NCBI GenBank assembly: GCA_951406725.2 | Contig: OX597814.1 | Location: forward strand, 37,448,001-37,512,000 | Source of the DNA: Octopus vulgaris | Lineage: Eukaryota | DNA length: 64,000 bases | Direction of reading: 5' to 3' | Part shown: positions 1 through 14,224 of the stretch, piece after piece | Numbering within the stretch: position 1 is the first letter of the stretch | How the letters are laid out: every line of letters starts with the position of its first letter | Made by a program: the position numbers and the translations under genes | The notes under the pieces: model-generated | The model's input: only the letters and a program-made list of their open reading frames with translations | Told to the model about the DNA's origin: nothing | Database searches by the model: none

Positions 1-1800
1 GGAATAAAATGGTATAAAATAATGTAATCTTCTCTTCAGGGAAATGGAGAAATGAAACCCGTCAATACGACATTTTAACAGAAAATGATGGATATGTATA
101 GTGATTAAGTGAACGCTATTAAGATTGTTTCAAGAAAGCGTTATAGGATATAACGACAAAGGTAGCCTATAGAAAGAGAAGGGCAAAAGAAAGAAAAACT
201 AAATAAATGAGAAGTATATAACTATATGAATATTAAATAAAACCATATAGACTTGGAAAAAGATATATCTAGTGAATGTGAAATGTAAGACGAAAATTAA
301 TGTTTATATTATATATAATGATAGATATCACTTATATGAACTAAAGGTGTGTTTCTGCCAATGTTTACATCGGTATGCACGCTCTATAACCGTGTTTACA
401 AGTGGATATTTAGAAAAAAGAATAAAACACAGTTCAGAATTACACAGAAGACATAATTCCTTGCCTTTGTCATAAGGTATTCAGATTGAGAGAATCAACC
501 AATCTAAATTAAATTGTTTATTGTGGTCTTTTGGATCCCACATTAATTTACTAAGCCCTCTTCGGTTACGTTTATTTTTATCATGTAGAGTAATGATTGG
601 AAATACTTTTAGATAACTGAGATGTTCTTCTTATATTAAATTATACTTCATTATCAGTGGAGATTTTACACTTATATATAGAATTTATAATTTCAGACTT
701 ACTTGACATGAAGTTGATTCTTTTGTAATTGACTTCAGATACAATAACCTTGTTATAAATATTTCTAGGGGGATGGATGGTATTAGCTAAACTAATGTTA
801 GTAGTAGTAAATGTATCAATATTTAACAGGTTAATATTATGTGAAGAGATAATTTGTAAGAGATTTTAAGTGTTGGAAAAACCAATGCTAACCGCGTGTG
901 AGTTGATAATAGGGTAATACGTAGAATTCTTTGGAAAACTCCTAATAATAGCTTCACGAAACTGCAAAGGAAGATTAGATTTAATGTGTCTTCCATATGG
1001 AATAATTAACCAAATGGTTTTACTATTAGTTACATTATTTTTAGTGTAACTATTTTTGAAAAATATAGATTTACCTTCAAAATGAAAATATGGGATTAAA
1101 TAAGGGTTATCTCCTTACCCCTGTTTGGTTTTGGTGTATAAATTAAAATTGATATCGTTCATATTCTTAGAACTAGATTTCATATCTAGATTAGTAAAGG
1201 TAGAATAAGATTGAATGGAATTAATGTAGGTATCTTTTTCTGTATAACCTGCTTTAAGTAAGGCAGGGTTATAAAATTCGGCCTTATCATTGAAAATGAC
1301 AACATTAGCAGAGAATCTAAATGAAATATTCTTAACTCAGTTCCTAGTAATTGCCCTTGAATGATTACTGAATTTACTAATACACTTAAGATTGGTCGAT
1401 GGTCTGTGGTATGGAAATTAAGAGTGTAAGTAAGTGTAATATCTAAAAAGTTGGCCTTCGTCAAATCATCATCAAAAACGAGACCATTCTACGGAAAACA
1501 TTGATTTTATTCTTACAACTCACATTCACTAGATATATATTTTTTCCTAGTCTGTATGATTTTATTTAATAAACATATAGTTATTTACTTCTTATTTATT
1601 TAATTTTTCATTCCATTATCCCCCCTCTTTCTATAGGCTACCTTTGACGTTATATCCTCTAACGTTTTTTGAAACAATCTTAATAGCGTACTCTTAATCA
1701 CTATACGTATCCATCATTTTCTGTTAAAATGTATTGACGAGTTTTATTTCTTAATTTCCCTGAAAGGAAGATTACAATGTTTTACACCATTCTATTTCTT
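1..1800 (-). mobile_element. Decayed Penelope-like element (RT C-terminus + GIY-YIG) flanked by inverted pseudo-LTRs
   Basis: Minus-strand fragments read NFLDITL (~1455, PLE RT C-terminal region) and IYKCKI...GLSKLMWDPKDHNKQFNLDW...KGKELCLLCNSELCFI (~420-690, PLE GIY-YIG type). 1-306 is the diverged reverse complement of ~1494-1800. Confidence 0.75.
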
Positions 1801-2314
1801 TGGAATAATATCAGTGACATGTGTCGGAAGAAAAAAAGAATTTGAATAACACCTGCGTTTAACTCCATTTATTTATTTATATAAATTTTTTTCAAAATAT
1901 TTAACGTAAACCCGAATTTTCTACCTCTAAAAACAAGGAGTTACAACCTTTTTACTTGTGTGATTTTTTTGCTACCCTCTGTAACTATTTATATATTTTT
2001 CCCGAGATAATTGATAATGAGGGAAAAATATAGAATACAGCAGAAATTTATTTGTAATATCTTAAAAGTATGTTACAAGATAATTTATTTTAATGACATA
2101 ATTTCCTGTTAAATCCTTAAAATCATGTTAGTCAATGATTTTCTCTTACACAGGCAAGTGTTTTTTTTTTGCTGAATCGTATTAATTTAATTATGCAGAA
2201 CACAGAACTGAACAATGTTTATAAAAATAAAAATAAAATTATGAGGGTTTTAGCACGTGCTTATACCATAATTCTGCCTATTTACAAAATATGATATTTA
2301 TTTTGATTTTTCCA

Positions 2315-2360
2315 GTTTCAGCGAATGAGCTGTGGCCATGCTGGGGCACCGCCATTTGAA
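2315..2360 (-). mobile_element. Short SINE 3' fragment
   Basis: gtttcagcgaatgagctgtggccatgctggggcaccgcc resembles the tail of the SINE copies at 3721 and 24478. Confidence 0.55.
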
Positions 2361-3440
2361 CCTCGTATGTATGTATGTACATATTTATCTAGGTAAATAT
2401 TAAAACTTTGTTTCAACTGCATGTTATTTTTTCATATTTATCTCCTTCTAGATTTTTTTATTCCGAAAGACGAGATATGTAAATCTCACAAAAATATAAA
2501 TTAATCAAGCAATATTTGATTATTCTAATTATTTTTTAAAAAGTATAATTCCGAGCGATTCGTTATATTATTGGCTAACAGAAAAATGAATGTCATGCAC
2601 TATTGAAAGAATGAAATAAAAAATATTAGAAAAAATTGCGGTAATTACTGTTGTCTCCTCATATCCTGAAATCAAATCTCTACGATTTGAACTTTGATTT
2701 TCTTCTCTGCGGATCCAATAAAATAAGTTACTAATACACGTAATTTTAATATAGAGCGTTTTCAATATCCAGTGAATTATAATGGAAAAGAAAACGGTAT
2801 TTATTGAACGTTAGCGAAATATAGGAGGGATTAACTCCGAATAATTCCTACTTAATCAATGCAATCCGAACGAATATAAGCCAGCTACTGATAACACTCG
2901 TACCAGACATTTAATCCTTAGCGATTATAAAATTTAACAAATACGTAGATCAGTGTCTGTATAATATGCACAGCTGCTTTACTACCTTTCCTACAAAAAT
3001 ACTCATTTTGCTATAAAATATTGTAGCTATGACGGTATCTACTTCACTAGCATACTGAACTTGTTCAACTAATATGATTTACAATACACTAAAAACGAAT
3101 TTATTTCGTTGTCCGGTATAAATAAGGTTTTACTGCATAAGCATGGCACCAGAAAATGGAAATGTTCTATCTTCGTTGCATAGAATTCAAAACTCGAAAA
3201 CATAGATACTAAGCTATGATAATGCCAAAAGTAGTTAATTTTAGAAACCAAAATATACAGCAACGGGAATAATTTCCAATAATTCCATCTCAGTGCCAGA
3301 CAAATATGCTACCGAGTAGCTTCTGTGAATCCAAAGTGTGATATAGTTGTATTAGTAACCCACCACACACACAACCGCACACATACAAATGCACAGACAA
3401 AGCGATCCGCATACAAATATATGTAAATATCTATTGTTAT

Positions 3441-3672
<232 letters not shown>

Positions 3673-3680
3673 TATGATAT

Positions 3681-4238
3681 AAAGTATGATACGAGAACGT
3701 TTGTTCTGTGCTAAGGTATACTCTTTTGCTCTTTTATTTGGTTCAGTCATTTGACTGAAGCTATGCTGGAGCACCGCCTTTAGTCGACAGAATCGACCCC
3801 AAGACTTATTCTTTGTAAGCCTAGTACTTATACTATTAGTCTCTTTTGCCGAACCGCTAAGTTACGGGGACATAAACACACCAGCATCACTTATGAATCG
3901 ATGTTGGGAGGACAAATCAGACACACAAACACATACACGCAGACACACGCAGACACACATATACGACAATATACGACTGGCTTATTTCAGTTTCGTCTAC
4001 CAAATCCACTGAGAAGGCTTTGGTCAGCCCGATGCTATAGTAGGAAACACCTGCCCATGGTCAAGCAGTGTGACTGAACCCAGAACCATGTGACTCGTAA
4101 GCAAACAACTTACCACAAAGCCACCCCTGCGCCTATCTTTAATATTATTAAAAGCAGTTTTCATAAATAGAACAAAATTATCCCTCACTTACATTTAGCA
4201 GTTAAATCTATTCTAATAACAGAATCTACATATATACA

Positions 4239-4303
<65 letters not shown>

Positions 4304-4521
4304 CTTTTGGCGCCTTTTCGACTTTTTCTCGGTATATATATATATGTACTGACAAAATTTTGAAAAGGTGCCAAAAGTTTCTTATATATATATGTATATT
4401 CTGTAATTTAGAAAATTTAACTGCTTAACGAAAGTGGGGAATAATTTTGTTCTATGTCTGAAAAATATTCAAAAATACTAAAAATACCTTTTCACAGAAC
4501 AAACGTTCCCGTATCATAGTT
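3681..4521. mobile_element. Fold-back (palindromic, MITE-like) element with its left arm interrupted by a SINE
   Basis: 3681-3718 plus 4135-4334 pair with 4346-4521 (e.g. tatgatacgagaacgtttgttctgtg / cacagaacaaacgttcccgtatcata). The centre is a short TA run. Confidence 0.75.
3721..4134 (-). mobile_element. tRNA-derived SINE (octopus OR-type family)
   Basis: Minus strand has a tRNA-like head (aggcgcaggggtggctttgtggtaag...gggttcagtc), an internal CA/TA tract and the shared tail atgctggagcaccgcc. Related copies occur at 9.4, 20.2, 24.5, 30.2/33.3 and 58.2 kb. Confidence 0.88.
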
Positions 4522-6842
4522 CAACTGAAATTAGATTGGTCTACTTATATTTAATGTGAATTTCGCTTATATAATTCATATTAGCAGATATAACTAGTAA
4601 TACCAGCCTATATTTCTTAGATGACGATGTTATATACACTATCTACATTAGTTGAACTGGTATTCTTATTGTAATTGTTGCTCCCACAACCCTTCGTCTC
4701 TTGTATGCTCTTGTCTGCTTCGGGTGTCTTTTTTCGAACTCGGTTGTTGTATCGACATTTGGAAAGTAGCCCACGGAGTTGCAACTGTTTGTGAGACTAG
4801 ATGAGATAAGTCTGTGTACAAAATTCCCATCTGATAAAACATTATAAGAGATTCATTACAAACTAGGAGGAGTCACCTCGCAGGACTGTATATGCTACAT
4901 CCTATGCGACTGCAGTAAGGAGGACCATGCAGCCTCCCTAAAGCAAGATTAGACGAACATCGAAAAACTGTGACACGATGGGACATTCAAAAGATAGGGA
5001 TAGCCGATCAAGTATGGATGAGGAAATAAAAGAGAAAATTTATTAAAAAAACGTAAGGAAGCAGCACTAATGGTAGGATGTACCCACCTCTTAAGGAATA
5101 TGGGAACGAATAATTAAGAAAGAAATGTTTAGGTTGCCACAAAAAAAAATAATTACATTGTTTGTAAAACGTAATAATTCATTCTGACACTCTCTATATT
5201 CATAACGTAGTGGGAAAAAGGCAACGATTAGAGTTTCTGGATTGAGTGTCAGGTAAGACCCGAAGGTGAGATCAAAGAAAATCAACTGAAGCATAAAGTC
5301 TCACGAATCGTAGAGAGTGAATTAAAAACTGTGTATCACCGAAGATTAAATAAATCGCTAGGTCGGAAATTTCGATATAGCAATCGAGTCTGACAAAAGT
5401 TACCTAAAAACGGTGAATCGCAAACCAACCAAGATATATTGAAAGAAACAATCACGATGAGAACATCAGTCCGACCAATGTAAATAGTTTACATGATATA
5501 CATAGCAAAAGTGAGGAAGATGGAAGTGAACAACGAAAAATAAGGAGTCGTATGTTGCTTCGAGATTTTCTACAGCAGCAGGTGGTTGTTGACCCCATAT
5601 ACTAGGATTTGTCTTTCAAATATTACTGTATTTGCAAGATTTATGAGCTGACAAGAGAGTTCATGTTACGGAAACAACAGTCGACGACGGGATGCTTTTG
5701 TACCTGATGACATACACATATATGTCTGCAACTTTTGTGAAGGGTTACGGTATTAATACTAGATATATGACGATACCTGGATATGTGGGAAAACTATGAA
5801 CCATATGTTACAGTTCTTTGTCCATGTATAATGGTTGTATTTTATTCCAGAAATGTAAGCAACATATAATTTAGGATGCAATAAATTGTCCGACGTATGC
5901 GATAAATTTGCTGGATATAACACAATCAAGAAAAAAAATCATGGAAGCTATATAAATGCAGTGCTTGTAACATTAATCTTATACTGTATATTTGATGTAT
6001 TCAACGTAACTCAAATTTGCTGACTACCTTGTAGCTATCAGTTTAATACGCAGCTCATCGGATGCAGTACAAAATCACTAAACATATGAAGCAATACTCT
6101 CACAAAATTACTGCAGTTTGATCCAAATGCTGTTTCAAAATTTTACAACAATGTATGTGTTTTATTTTCAAAATAAATCTATACATAATCCGTATATAAT
6201 TGTATTTCGACAAAACACTAACATTGAGATCACTGCCCTATGTTTTGCTGTAGTTGAAATTTAATTAATTATTTAACACAATTAAATAAATTACTACATA
6301 ATCGGGGTATTATAGCTTATCTTTCTCAACCTTTACTTTATTCAGTTTCTTGTTGAACGTGAAACTTCATACTGATTCCATTCTGCAGATATAGCTCTTC
6401 TCTATTGTCTATAAACATATAGCAATTTTCATGCACTTGGAGATTTTAAAACGTATGTAATTTCCATTATATTTTGCACCCTGAAATAAATTGAAGAGAA
6501 AAGTAATATTCTAAAGTTTTCGTACAGAGGGAATCACGTTATGGCAATTATTATGACTCGTAGAATTAACTAAAAGCTTTCTAAGGTGTTAGCCTGCGAT
6601 CATGTGTATTCTTTCGTAGAATCAGTAGATCTTGTTATCACTTTTGTCTGAGATGCTGACGGAAGATGTTTGAAAACTTCAATCGCTACTAGTCTCTGGA
6701 TGACATGAATGTCTATCAATGACATTTCTGTGTAGAATATCATGTAATATTTCAAATAATTATTTTAAGGAATAAGCTAAACAATCACATTTACGATTAT
6801 GGTTGCAAAAGGCAGAAGTATCCGCATCGAACGAGCAATAGT

Positions 6843-7221
6843 AGTGGCACTCCGGCGGTTACGACAACGAGGGTTCCATTGGATCCGATCAACGGAACAG
6901 CCTGCTCGTGAAATTAACGTTCAAGTGGCTTAGCACTCCACAGGCATGTGTACCGTTAACATAGTTGTATGGGAGACTCAGCATGACACGGAGTGTGACA
7001 AGACTGGTCTTTTGAAATACAGGTACAACAGAAATAAGAAGAAAGAGTAAAATTTCTGGTGAAGCAATACAGGAGGTTTCGCCAACATACCTTGCCGGAG
7101 CCTCGTGGAGATTTAGGTGTTTTCGCTCAATCAATACTCTTAACGCCCGGTCGGGGAATCGAAACCGCGAAGCTATGACTGCGAGTCCGCTGCCTTAACC
7201 ATTGGGTCATTGCGCCTCCAC
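6843..7221 (-). mobile_element. tRNA-derived SINE, second family
   Basis: Minus-strand head ggaggcgcaatgacccaatggttaagg...ggtttcgattccc has A and B boxes. The 3' part (cagcctgctcgtgaaattaacg) is shared with the copy at 50.6-50.9 kb. Confidence 0.82.
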
Positions 7222-9136
7222 GAATGAGTAATAGTATTCGAACGAGAGATGTACTAGTGTACATTTCATACAATACCTTAATTTATTTACTTTTCTCGCT
7301 TCATCATATTGCAATCACCAAAGGTAACCCAATCATCCAATCATTCATTTCACGGAGGTTTTAGATCTAGTATAATTGCTTTTGTCAAAGCATCTGCAAT
7401 GTGAATATATTTCATATTCCCATTAAAGTGATATATCATTAAATCATATAAGGGTTCGATCCCATTCTGTTACAATACAAATGAGTTCGTCATTGCGAGT
7501 ACTGCGATGTACAGATCTCTCGTCCTCTATCTCTCATCCTCAATAAGATATTAACTCAAAATCCTCTAATATATGCATGGGCACCTATGCAAATTCTTCA
7601 AATGTTTAATCAGGCAACATGTAAATAATCCATCAGCTCCCTGAAATGATAGAGACCACTCTCGGTTACTTCATGCTCTACTCCTACAAAATAAGGCACG
7701 TTCAATAATGTACGCTACTTGAAAAATAAATCTATATTAAATGTGATATTAAATGTGAAGCCCAAATACTGAAACAACCCTTGCATAAATAGTGTATTCA
7801 AAATGTATGTGCACAAAGCAAAACTTCACATGCAGAGATGTGAGATTATTAAACTTTATAATGTTTTTAAAAAGTGTAATGCCATTGCTCCCTTCACCAG
7901 AAACATAATTTATATAGAGGCGAAATGATTGGACAAACGTGTCAAAATATATGCACGCACTTTTAAAATTAATCAAATTACATTAATATTGTCATTATGT
8001 TGTCAATGTACGCTTAACAATGTTTAATGAATTTAAAAAGTTTGTGATTTAAAGTTAATAGTAAAAATATTGACACCTGAAGAAAATTTTCATGAAATAG
8101 GTGAATAAATGTGCATATACGCTCACAAAAACCTTCTACGCACACGTACAGACACACACTCGTCTATAAGTATGTGTGTGTGTGAATTTCTGACTGTTAT
8201 ATAAAATAATCCGCTATGTCCAAGTTTCATCTATTTTAGGAATTATTTTCCATAATTCCTCTGAATTCCTTTATGTTTCGCTGATAATAACGATGTCACT
8301 AATACTATTAATTCGTGGAAGTTTCCAGATATTTACAAAGCCAGCTGCAGATAAAAGCGATGTTAATAACAGCATGTTGCTTGTATGTTTAACGAAAATC
8401 ACAATATATATGTTGCGTATTCCTACATCTAACAGATGCTGGATGTCTATGCTGCATCTTAAAAATAGAAACTCGAAGACATGGTTCCTTTCAATGTTTA
8501 TTTTATATATTTTGTATCCGTGTCGATTTGTCATTGGTATTTTATTACAATTAAACCATCCACAGTCATAAGTTATAAATTCAACCTCTCCGAAAAGATA
8601 CAAAAGATATACGGCCATATCATATATGGCAATCAGATATACGGCTATATGACATATATACAGCCCATATTACAAGAGATGTACGGCCCATATGACAGTA
8701 TTAAATAGTAAAACATCACTTCGCAAATATCTGCTTCGGGTAAAACCATCAATAGAAGAGAATATGACCCAAAACTGCGTGTACTCATTCCCCTGCAGCT
8801 GTGGTAGGTTATACAGAGCGAAACATGCCGCCCCCTCAAAATAAGTGTTGGGGAACCTCGCGAAGATGTGACACGAGAAGATAGTGATAAATTGAGTATG
8901 GCTGATCATGTATGGAAAAATGGAGACCACCTTCCCTTGTGAGATGAAGCTAAAATAATAAACAGAGAACACCAATGGAAAATACGGAAACTAAAAGAAA
9001 CAGCATATATGCTAGGACACAACAACCTCCTAAGCAGACCGAGTGCAGATATGTATAGCATATGGGACTCGGTATTAAGGATGAATAGGAAAATATTAGA
9101 TTTATAAGCCCTAAAGTTCACTCCATAATTACCCAT

Positions 9137-9250
9137 GGGCATATAGCATAGTGGTTAATAACGCGGGCTACTAACCACAAGATTCCCAGTTCAATTTCAG
9201 GTAGTGACCTGAATAACAATAATAATAATAATAATAATAATAATGATAAT
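9137..9250 (+). mobile_element. tRNA-like SINE head followed by (AAT)n, inside the Penelope 3' region
   Basis: gggcatatagcatagtggttaa...cccagttcaatt has A/B-box-like segments, followed by AAT repeats. Confidence 0.5.
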
Positions 9251-9289
9251 AGCAACATCGAATGAGAACCTAGGTTTGGAATATCCCCA

Positions 9290-9337
9290 AGATACCTGAT
9301 GAAGCCCGGAGGGTATATCAGCCGAAACGCTGTGATA
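9290..9337 (+). ncRNA. Degenerate hammerhead ribozyme motif in Penelope pLTR
   Basis: CTGATGA (9296-9302), then agcccggagggtatatcagcc, then GAAAC (9324). Helices are imperfect. Confidence 0.55.
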
Positions 9338-9394
9338 GCAACAAACACGATGAGGACAAATATCCGTCAAATGTGAATACTTTAAATAGAGTAT

Positions 9395-9703
9395 TCTTTT
9401 AGCTTTTACTTGTTTTGGTCATTAGACTACGGCCTTGCTAGGACACTGCCTTGCAGTGGTTTGTAGAAATAATCGACCTCAGAACTTATTTATCTTAAGT
9501 CTGTTTCTTACTTTTTCGTCTCTGGATACGTAAACTAATTAACACCATTTGTCGAGCTTCGTCCAGTTTCAGCTTGCTAATTTTACTCGCAACGCATTAG
9601 TCGTCTCTGAGCTATGATAGAAGGCTGTGCCACGCAACGGAACTGAACCCGGGACTAAAGAGTTCAATAGAAACGTCTTACCACACAGTCACGACTATGC
9701 CTA
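9395..9703 (-). mobile_element. Diverged OR-type SINE
   Basis: Same tail (cttttacttgttttggtcattagact) and head (gccacgcaacggaactgaaccc...ttaccacacagtcac) layout as 3721-4134. Confidence 0.72.
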
Positions 9704-11844
9704 ATACAACTGCATAAATTCTAGGTTGTGTCGTTCATATGATGATTACGTACATACTAACGCAGTATATAAATACAGGATCGAAACACATTAGGTATTC
9801 GTTAATATATAGGATCAACATTGTAGAGATATTAATTTCTACGAGCCACGTATTTTCTTGAAAGAGAAAATCAGGTTCTTTTTAACCAGATTTTCTACCT
9901 CTCTCAAAAGATATACGTTTTTAGCTTAGAATAAATTAGAGTTAAGTTCGAAGTCTTTTGGTCTATTATTGAGTGTATTAGACATTTCCACAGAATGTGC
10001 ATTATCCAAAACTGAAATATGAGTGATTTTTATGGCTGATATTTGTTACATTATTAAACGAATTAGTTATTATTGTAGTCAACGAATAAATCGGTTAATT
10101 TAGTAACAAAGTAGCATAGAATTAATTGACGTCGACATACGAGTAGTAGGTTCATCATAGGCTGTTACACCTAAACCATGCAAAATACATTTGAAGATAT
10201 TTTCGAGCTCCCTTATATTTAGTTTGATAAATATGTGTGATTTGTCTAGAAACAACACCGTTTGCTTGTGCAGAGTAAATAGGTGTCATATGAAATTCAG
10301 GAAATATATTACGAATGGTATTTTAAAACATCCTTTCATCGCAGATATTGGATTAATAAAAGGAAAATTTAATGAAAATTTTAAATGGAGAAGTTACATT
10401 CACATGCATCCGCACACATACACACAGACACTATTATGGGTGTGAATATATTTTATGTATATATATATATATACACGTATTTAAGAAAATATGTTTGTAT
10501 TTATGATTATATGACAGAAATATTTGTATTTTTTAATCTAGTCTGAAATTCTATGTAAATGCTTTTGATGCAAACGTTGCAAAACTCGTTTCCAGGTTTA
10601 CTGGAATGTAATGCAATCACCAAGGCTCTTTCGTTCAGTTATTACAAATACAATGCGCTTGTCGGATATTTCTCGCTGTTCATTTCATATATGTATGTTT
10701 CATAGGCTTCATTGTCGATGAAAGGCATCAAATATCTTGCGCAATGTTCAATACATGCATATCTCTTCTCATGGTTGCAAAACACTGTAATTTTTCCGTA
10801 AAATAAAATGATATATATTATATTTTCTTATACAGTGTGATGAAAATACTTTAAAGAAAAACATATGAAGTCGATTCAGTTTCAGGACAGAACCAAATTT
10901 TATCCCGCATAATTTGCTCTTAAATAACTGCATGGATCCCGTTTCCTTTTATGATTGAGTTTCTGTCGTTTAACCATTCCGTTCGCACCACTTATATATT
11001 AACATTCGAAATTTAATTTTTTAAAAAATAAATCATTCAATATCGTACCATAATGAGCATTAAGGAAAAGAAATGAAGAAAAAAATTAATAAAAAAATGA
11101 GTTTCGAGCCAAAATGTTGAAAACCAATTAGAAGCAACTATTTTAATAATCATTAGAATAAAACAAACGTGCAATATTCATATCTTTCAATATATTTTCT
11201 AATATTCATTTAACTATGGAAAAAATGAATTAATTATCTAAAGATTGAAGAAAAGCTCAAACAATACGTAGAGACTTTGTAGAACTGGTTACTGACTGCA
11301 AGAAAAAAATTTAATAAATCTATAAAAGCAATTACTTTCTTTAATGAATAACAATTATCAGAGAATTTAAATTTGATTAATTTCATTATATTAAAAGACT
11401 TTTTAATGATTTTAATTTTCTTGTTATGAAATAATAATGATAACAGTAACAATATTTTTATTTGCCACAAGGGCCCACGACGTTGGCAGTTACTTTATCA
11501 GAATTCAAAAAGAAAGTTCTCCTATTTGGAATATATTGAAAAAAGAAATGGCGAATTCTAGAGAAAAGTATTACAATGCAATAAGTAAAAATTCCTCTAA
11601 GTAAATTAGTAGAGCAAATATATTTTTTTTTATAAAAAAGCAGGAACATCATAGCATGGTTCGTGACGCGTTAATATAACATTCAAAATATCCGTACGTG
11701 CAAAATTCAGTTCTTGTTTCCTGGATATATATATATCTAGCAGCGTATTTCAATACACCAATGAGGCAAATTTTGCCTACACAAGGCGATTACATGTCCA
11801 CAAAGACAAAGTTCGAAGGCAGAGAAAGTGAGAGCAAGGGAGAA

Positions 11845-11849
<5 letters not shown>

Positions 11850-11878
<29 letters not shown>
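11850..11878. repeat. (GA)n microsatellite
   Basis: Direct reading. Confidence 0.9.
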
Positions 11879-11881
<3 letters not shown>

Positions 11882-13987
11882 TCGAGAGAAAGCGCAAGGT
11901 CTTTACAACGTACAACGTTGCATAAATGTATAAAAATATAGAAATTAGTGCCGAATATGAAACTAATCTGTATTGAACAACGCAAGGGTGATATATTTGC
12001 ATGGTATAGCAATAAACAAATTATTAACGTAAGGTTATATGTGAGGCTAGTATAGTAGTAGAGTAGATACGTTACTTCAGCGAAATTGCATTTATCTCAC
12101 CATTGCAAGATTGCTGAAATCGGTGAGAGAAATGTATGTGGTGTCAGACGACGATTAGAATCACCAATTTCAAGAATTACATTACTGCTAACATCTAAAC
12201 ACGATGGACATGAAGGGTGTTACAAAAACACAACAACAGAAAATAACAGATCAATGCTTCAGTAATATAAAAAATAGATCTCAATATCACATCACCTACG
12301 TTCCAGAAAATCAGGAACACATTTTGCTGTGATGCCTACAGGTAAGGATATTGTCAGTGAGGGTTCAGCTGCAGTTCCAAGCTAAATTCTCACTAATAAT
12401 AATTGTCAACACGCACCCTTCAGCATTTTATATTCAGACTCTAAATTCCATTAGCCAACTATGTTAAGCAGTGGTATCCAATGCATTATGTATGGAAAAA
12501 TTAGAGACGTCAGTATTCAATTCAGCTTGGGAAAACTCAACGAACTCAAACTACGGAGCAGGAGGAACATTTCGAAATTGTAAAATGAACTTCCTTCCTA
12601 GAATGATCATTACAATAATCAAAAGGAATTCACGCAAGGGAATTTTCTCACGTTGTAACGCAACCAAACTGAATATATTTTCATTTGTTTTTGACAAATT
12701 CCGAAACACCCAACTCTTGTATTTTTGTTCACGTATTTGCATATAGGCCTCACCAAAATTACGCATTCAATCATTAAACTATCGATCAAGTTGTGATAAT
12801 CGAAGTCTTCACATGCTAGATTTCATCACCAGGATTAATGGATATGGAAAATACAAATTTCAAAGAAGAGATACAATTTATGGACACACATATTTCAATG
12901 GTGTCAACATTTGTCTCCGCTATATATTCAGGAAATATGACCTATAAAACATACGTGTAAGCTTTCAGTCGCATGATAATTTTGAAGGATAATAGATCTG
13001 ATAATCTAATGTTACTACCAGAATTTGGCTGAGCTTCCGTTTGAAGAAAAAAGTATAAATTCACCTTATAAGATATGCACAGGTAACAACAAGTAATTTA
13101 CGCTAACAATACACCAAAGCTATCAAATACAGGATGGAGGGAGCGGAATAAGTAATTTAATTCAACCTTCTTATGCAACGAACTCCAGAGCTGTTAACAG
13201 TCATCTATAAATGGTAGAAGAATGCTTTCCTATGAATATGTAAACCAAACACTTTCTCCAATAGAATTCTGATGCAATTAATGAGAAACGCAAATAATTT
13301 AAGAGTGTTACTCATATCATATCAACAAAACACCGGAACAAATATCAAATTCAAATGACTCCACCTCACTTTACGGACACATACGAAATTGCCCAAGAGA
13401 ATTATGAAATACATTGATGAGGAATTGAGTGTTATTACCCATACAGCACTAGAAAGAAAACCCAACCTGACTGTGCAAACTCTAGAAGTTAGATATATGA
13501 AATTTAGAAATATATTCATCTGTCTACATATATGTGTGTGTGCATGCTTTTATGTACTATATCTGTTTGCATATGACTCTATGTTTGTGTATGAGAATCT
13601 CTCTCTTTCTTTCTCTCGCTCTCTCTTCCATTGTCTGTCTCTTTCTACATGGAAGAGGTTAAACCGTAACCCAGTAAGACCACTTCTTAAGCTAAGTATA
13701 TGCAAAAGTTCCAAGAATCGAAGAAGTTCCTCAGCGCGAATCTGAAATTGTTTGGTGTGGCTAAATTGTTGCACTGCACTAAGTGGTGCTCTAACATTCC
13801 TCAAAATCATAGAAATTGCGAACCAGGGCGCTTCTACATACGTATATCTTCTACTACCACCATGTATATATATATATATATAAATTTTTAGCGCGCCAGA
13901 ACTAATGTAATCGGTAAAACTAAACACGTGTGTGTTTTGGCACAGAAAGCTGGGGTTAGTTTTTTAGATTTCATTTTGTCAGAACGG

Positions 13988-14063
13988 TCGCACTGACGAA
14001 ACTACGGACGTTTGAATTATATAAAGTAATTCTTCTGTTAATAGTTGAAACCGAAGTGTGTGA
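13988..14063 (+). ncRNA. Possible decayed hammerhead motif in a ~330-bp element bounded by (TA)n (solo pLTR-like, 13883-14215)
   Basis: CTGACGA (13993), aacta...tagtt stem, GAAAC (14047). Possible helix I tcgca/tgtga. The cleavage triplet is not intact. Confidence 0.4.
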
Positions 14064-14224
14064 TTAATTCTGTTTTTATATAATTTTCATCTGTCTTGCC
14101 CGCCTAATTGGTTCTGGTGTTCGCTGAATTTTTCTCTAGAAAACATTCTTTGTAGTTTGATCGTTGGTGATCTATTTCTAGCATACGGCCAACTACCTAG
14201 CAGTTTTGTCCTTTCAATATATAC

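Larger units (their letters stand above)
8330..9390 (+). mobile_element. Decayed Penelope-like element 3' part (GIY-YIG + pLTR)
   Basis: Frameshifted plus-strand peptide NCVYSFPCSCGRLY..TCRPLKI...MADHVWKNGDH...AKIINREHQWKIRKLKETAYM at 8773-9020, typical of PLE GIY-YIG. A HHR-like motif follows at 9296. Confidence 0.78.

Noticed and set aside
4352-4385. TTGAAAA-ggtgcc-AAAA near the palindrome centre as another U3-A8 hammerhead
   Set aside because: Both arms lack GAAA and no helix I/III is visible.
4690-5790. Possible LTR-retrotransposon (Gypsy) fossil
   Set aside because: Only vague peptide resemblance (QQVVVDPY). No LTRs or clear motifs, so it cannot be supported.
7148-7221. tRNA gene candidates at SINE heads (also 4060-4134, 33415-33486, 9137-9210)
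   Set aside because: They are continuous with SINE bodies or repeats and have degenerate cloverleafs, so they are tRNA-derived heads.
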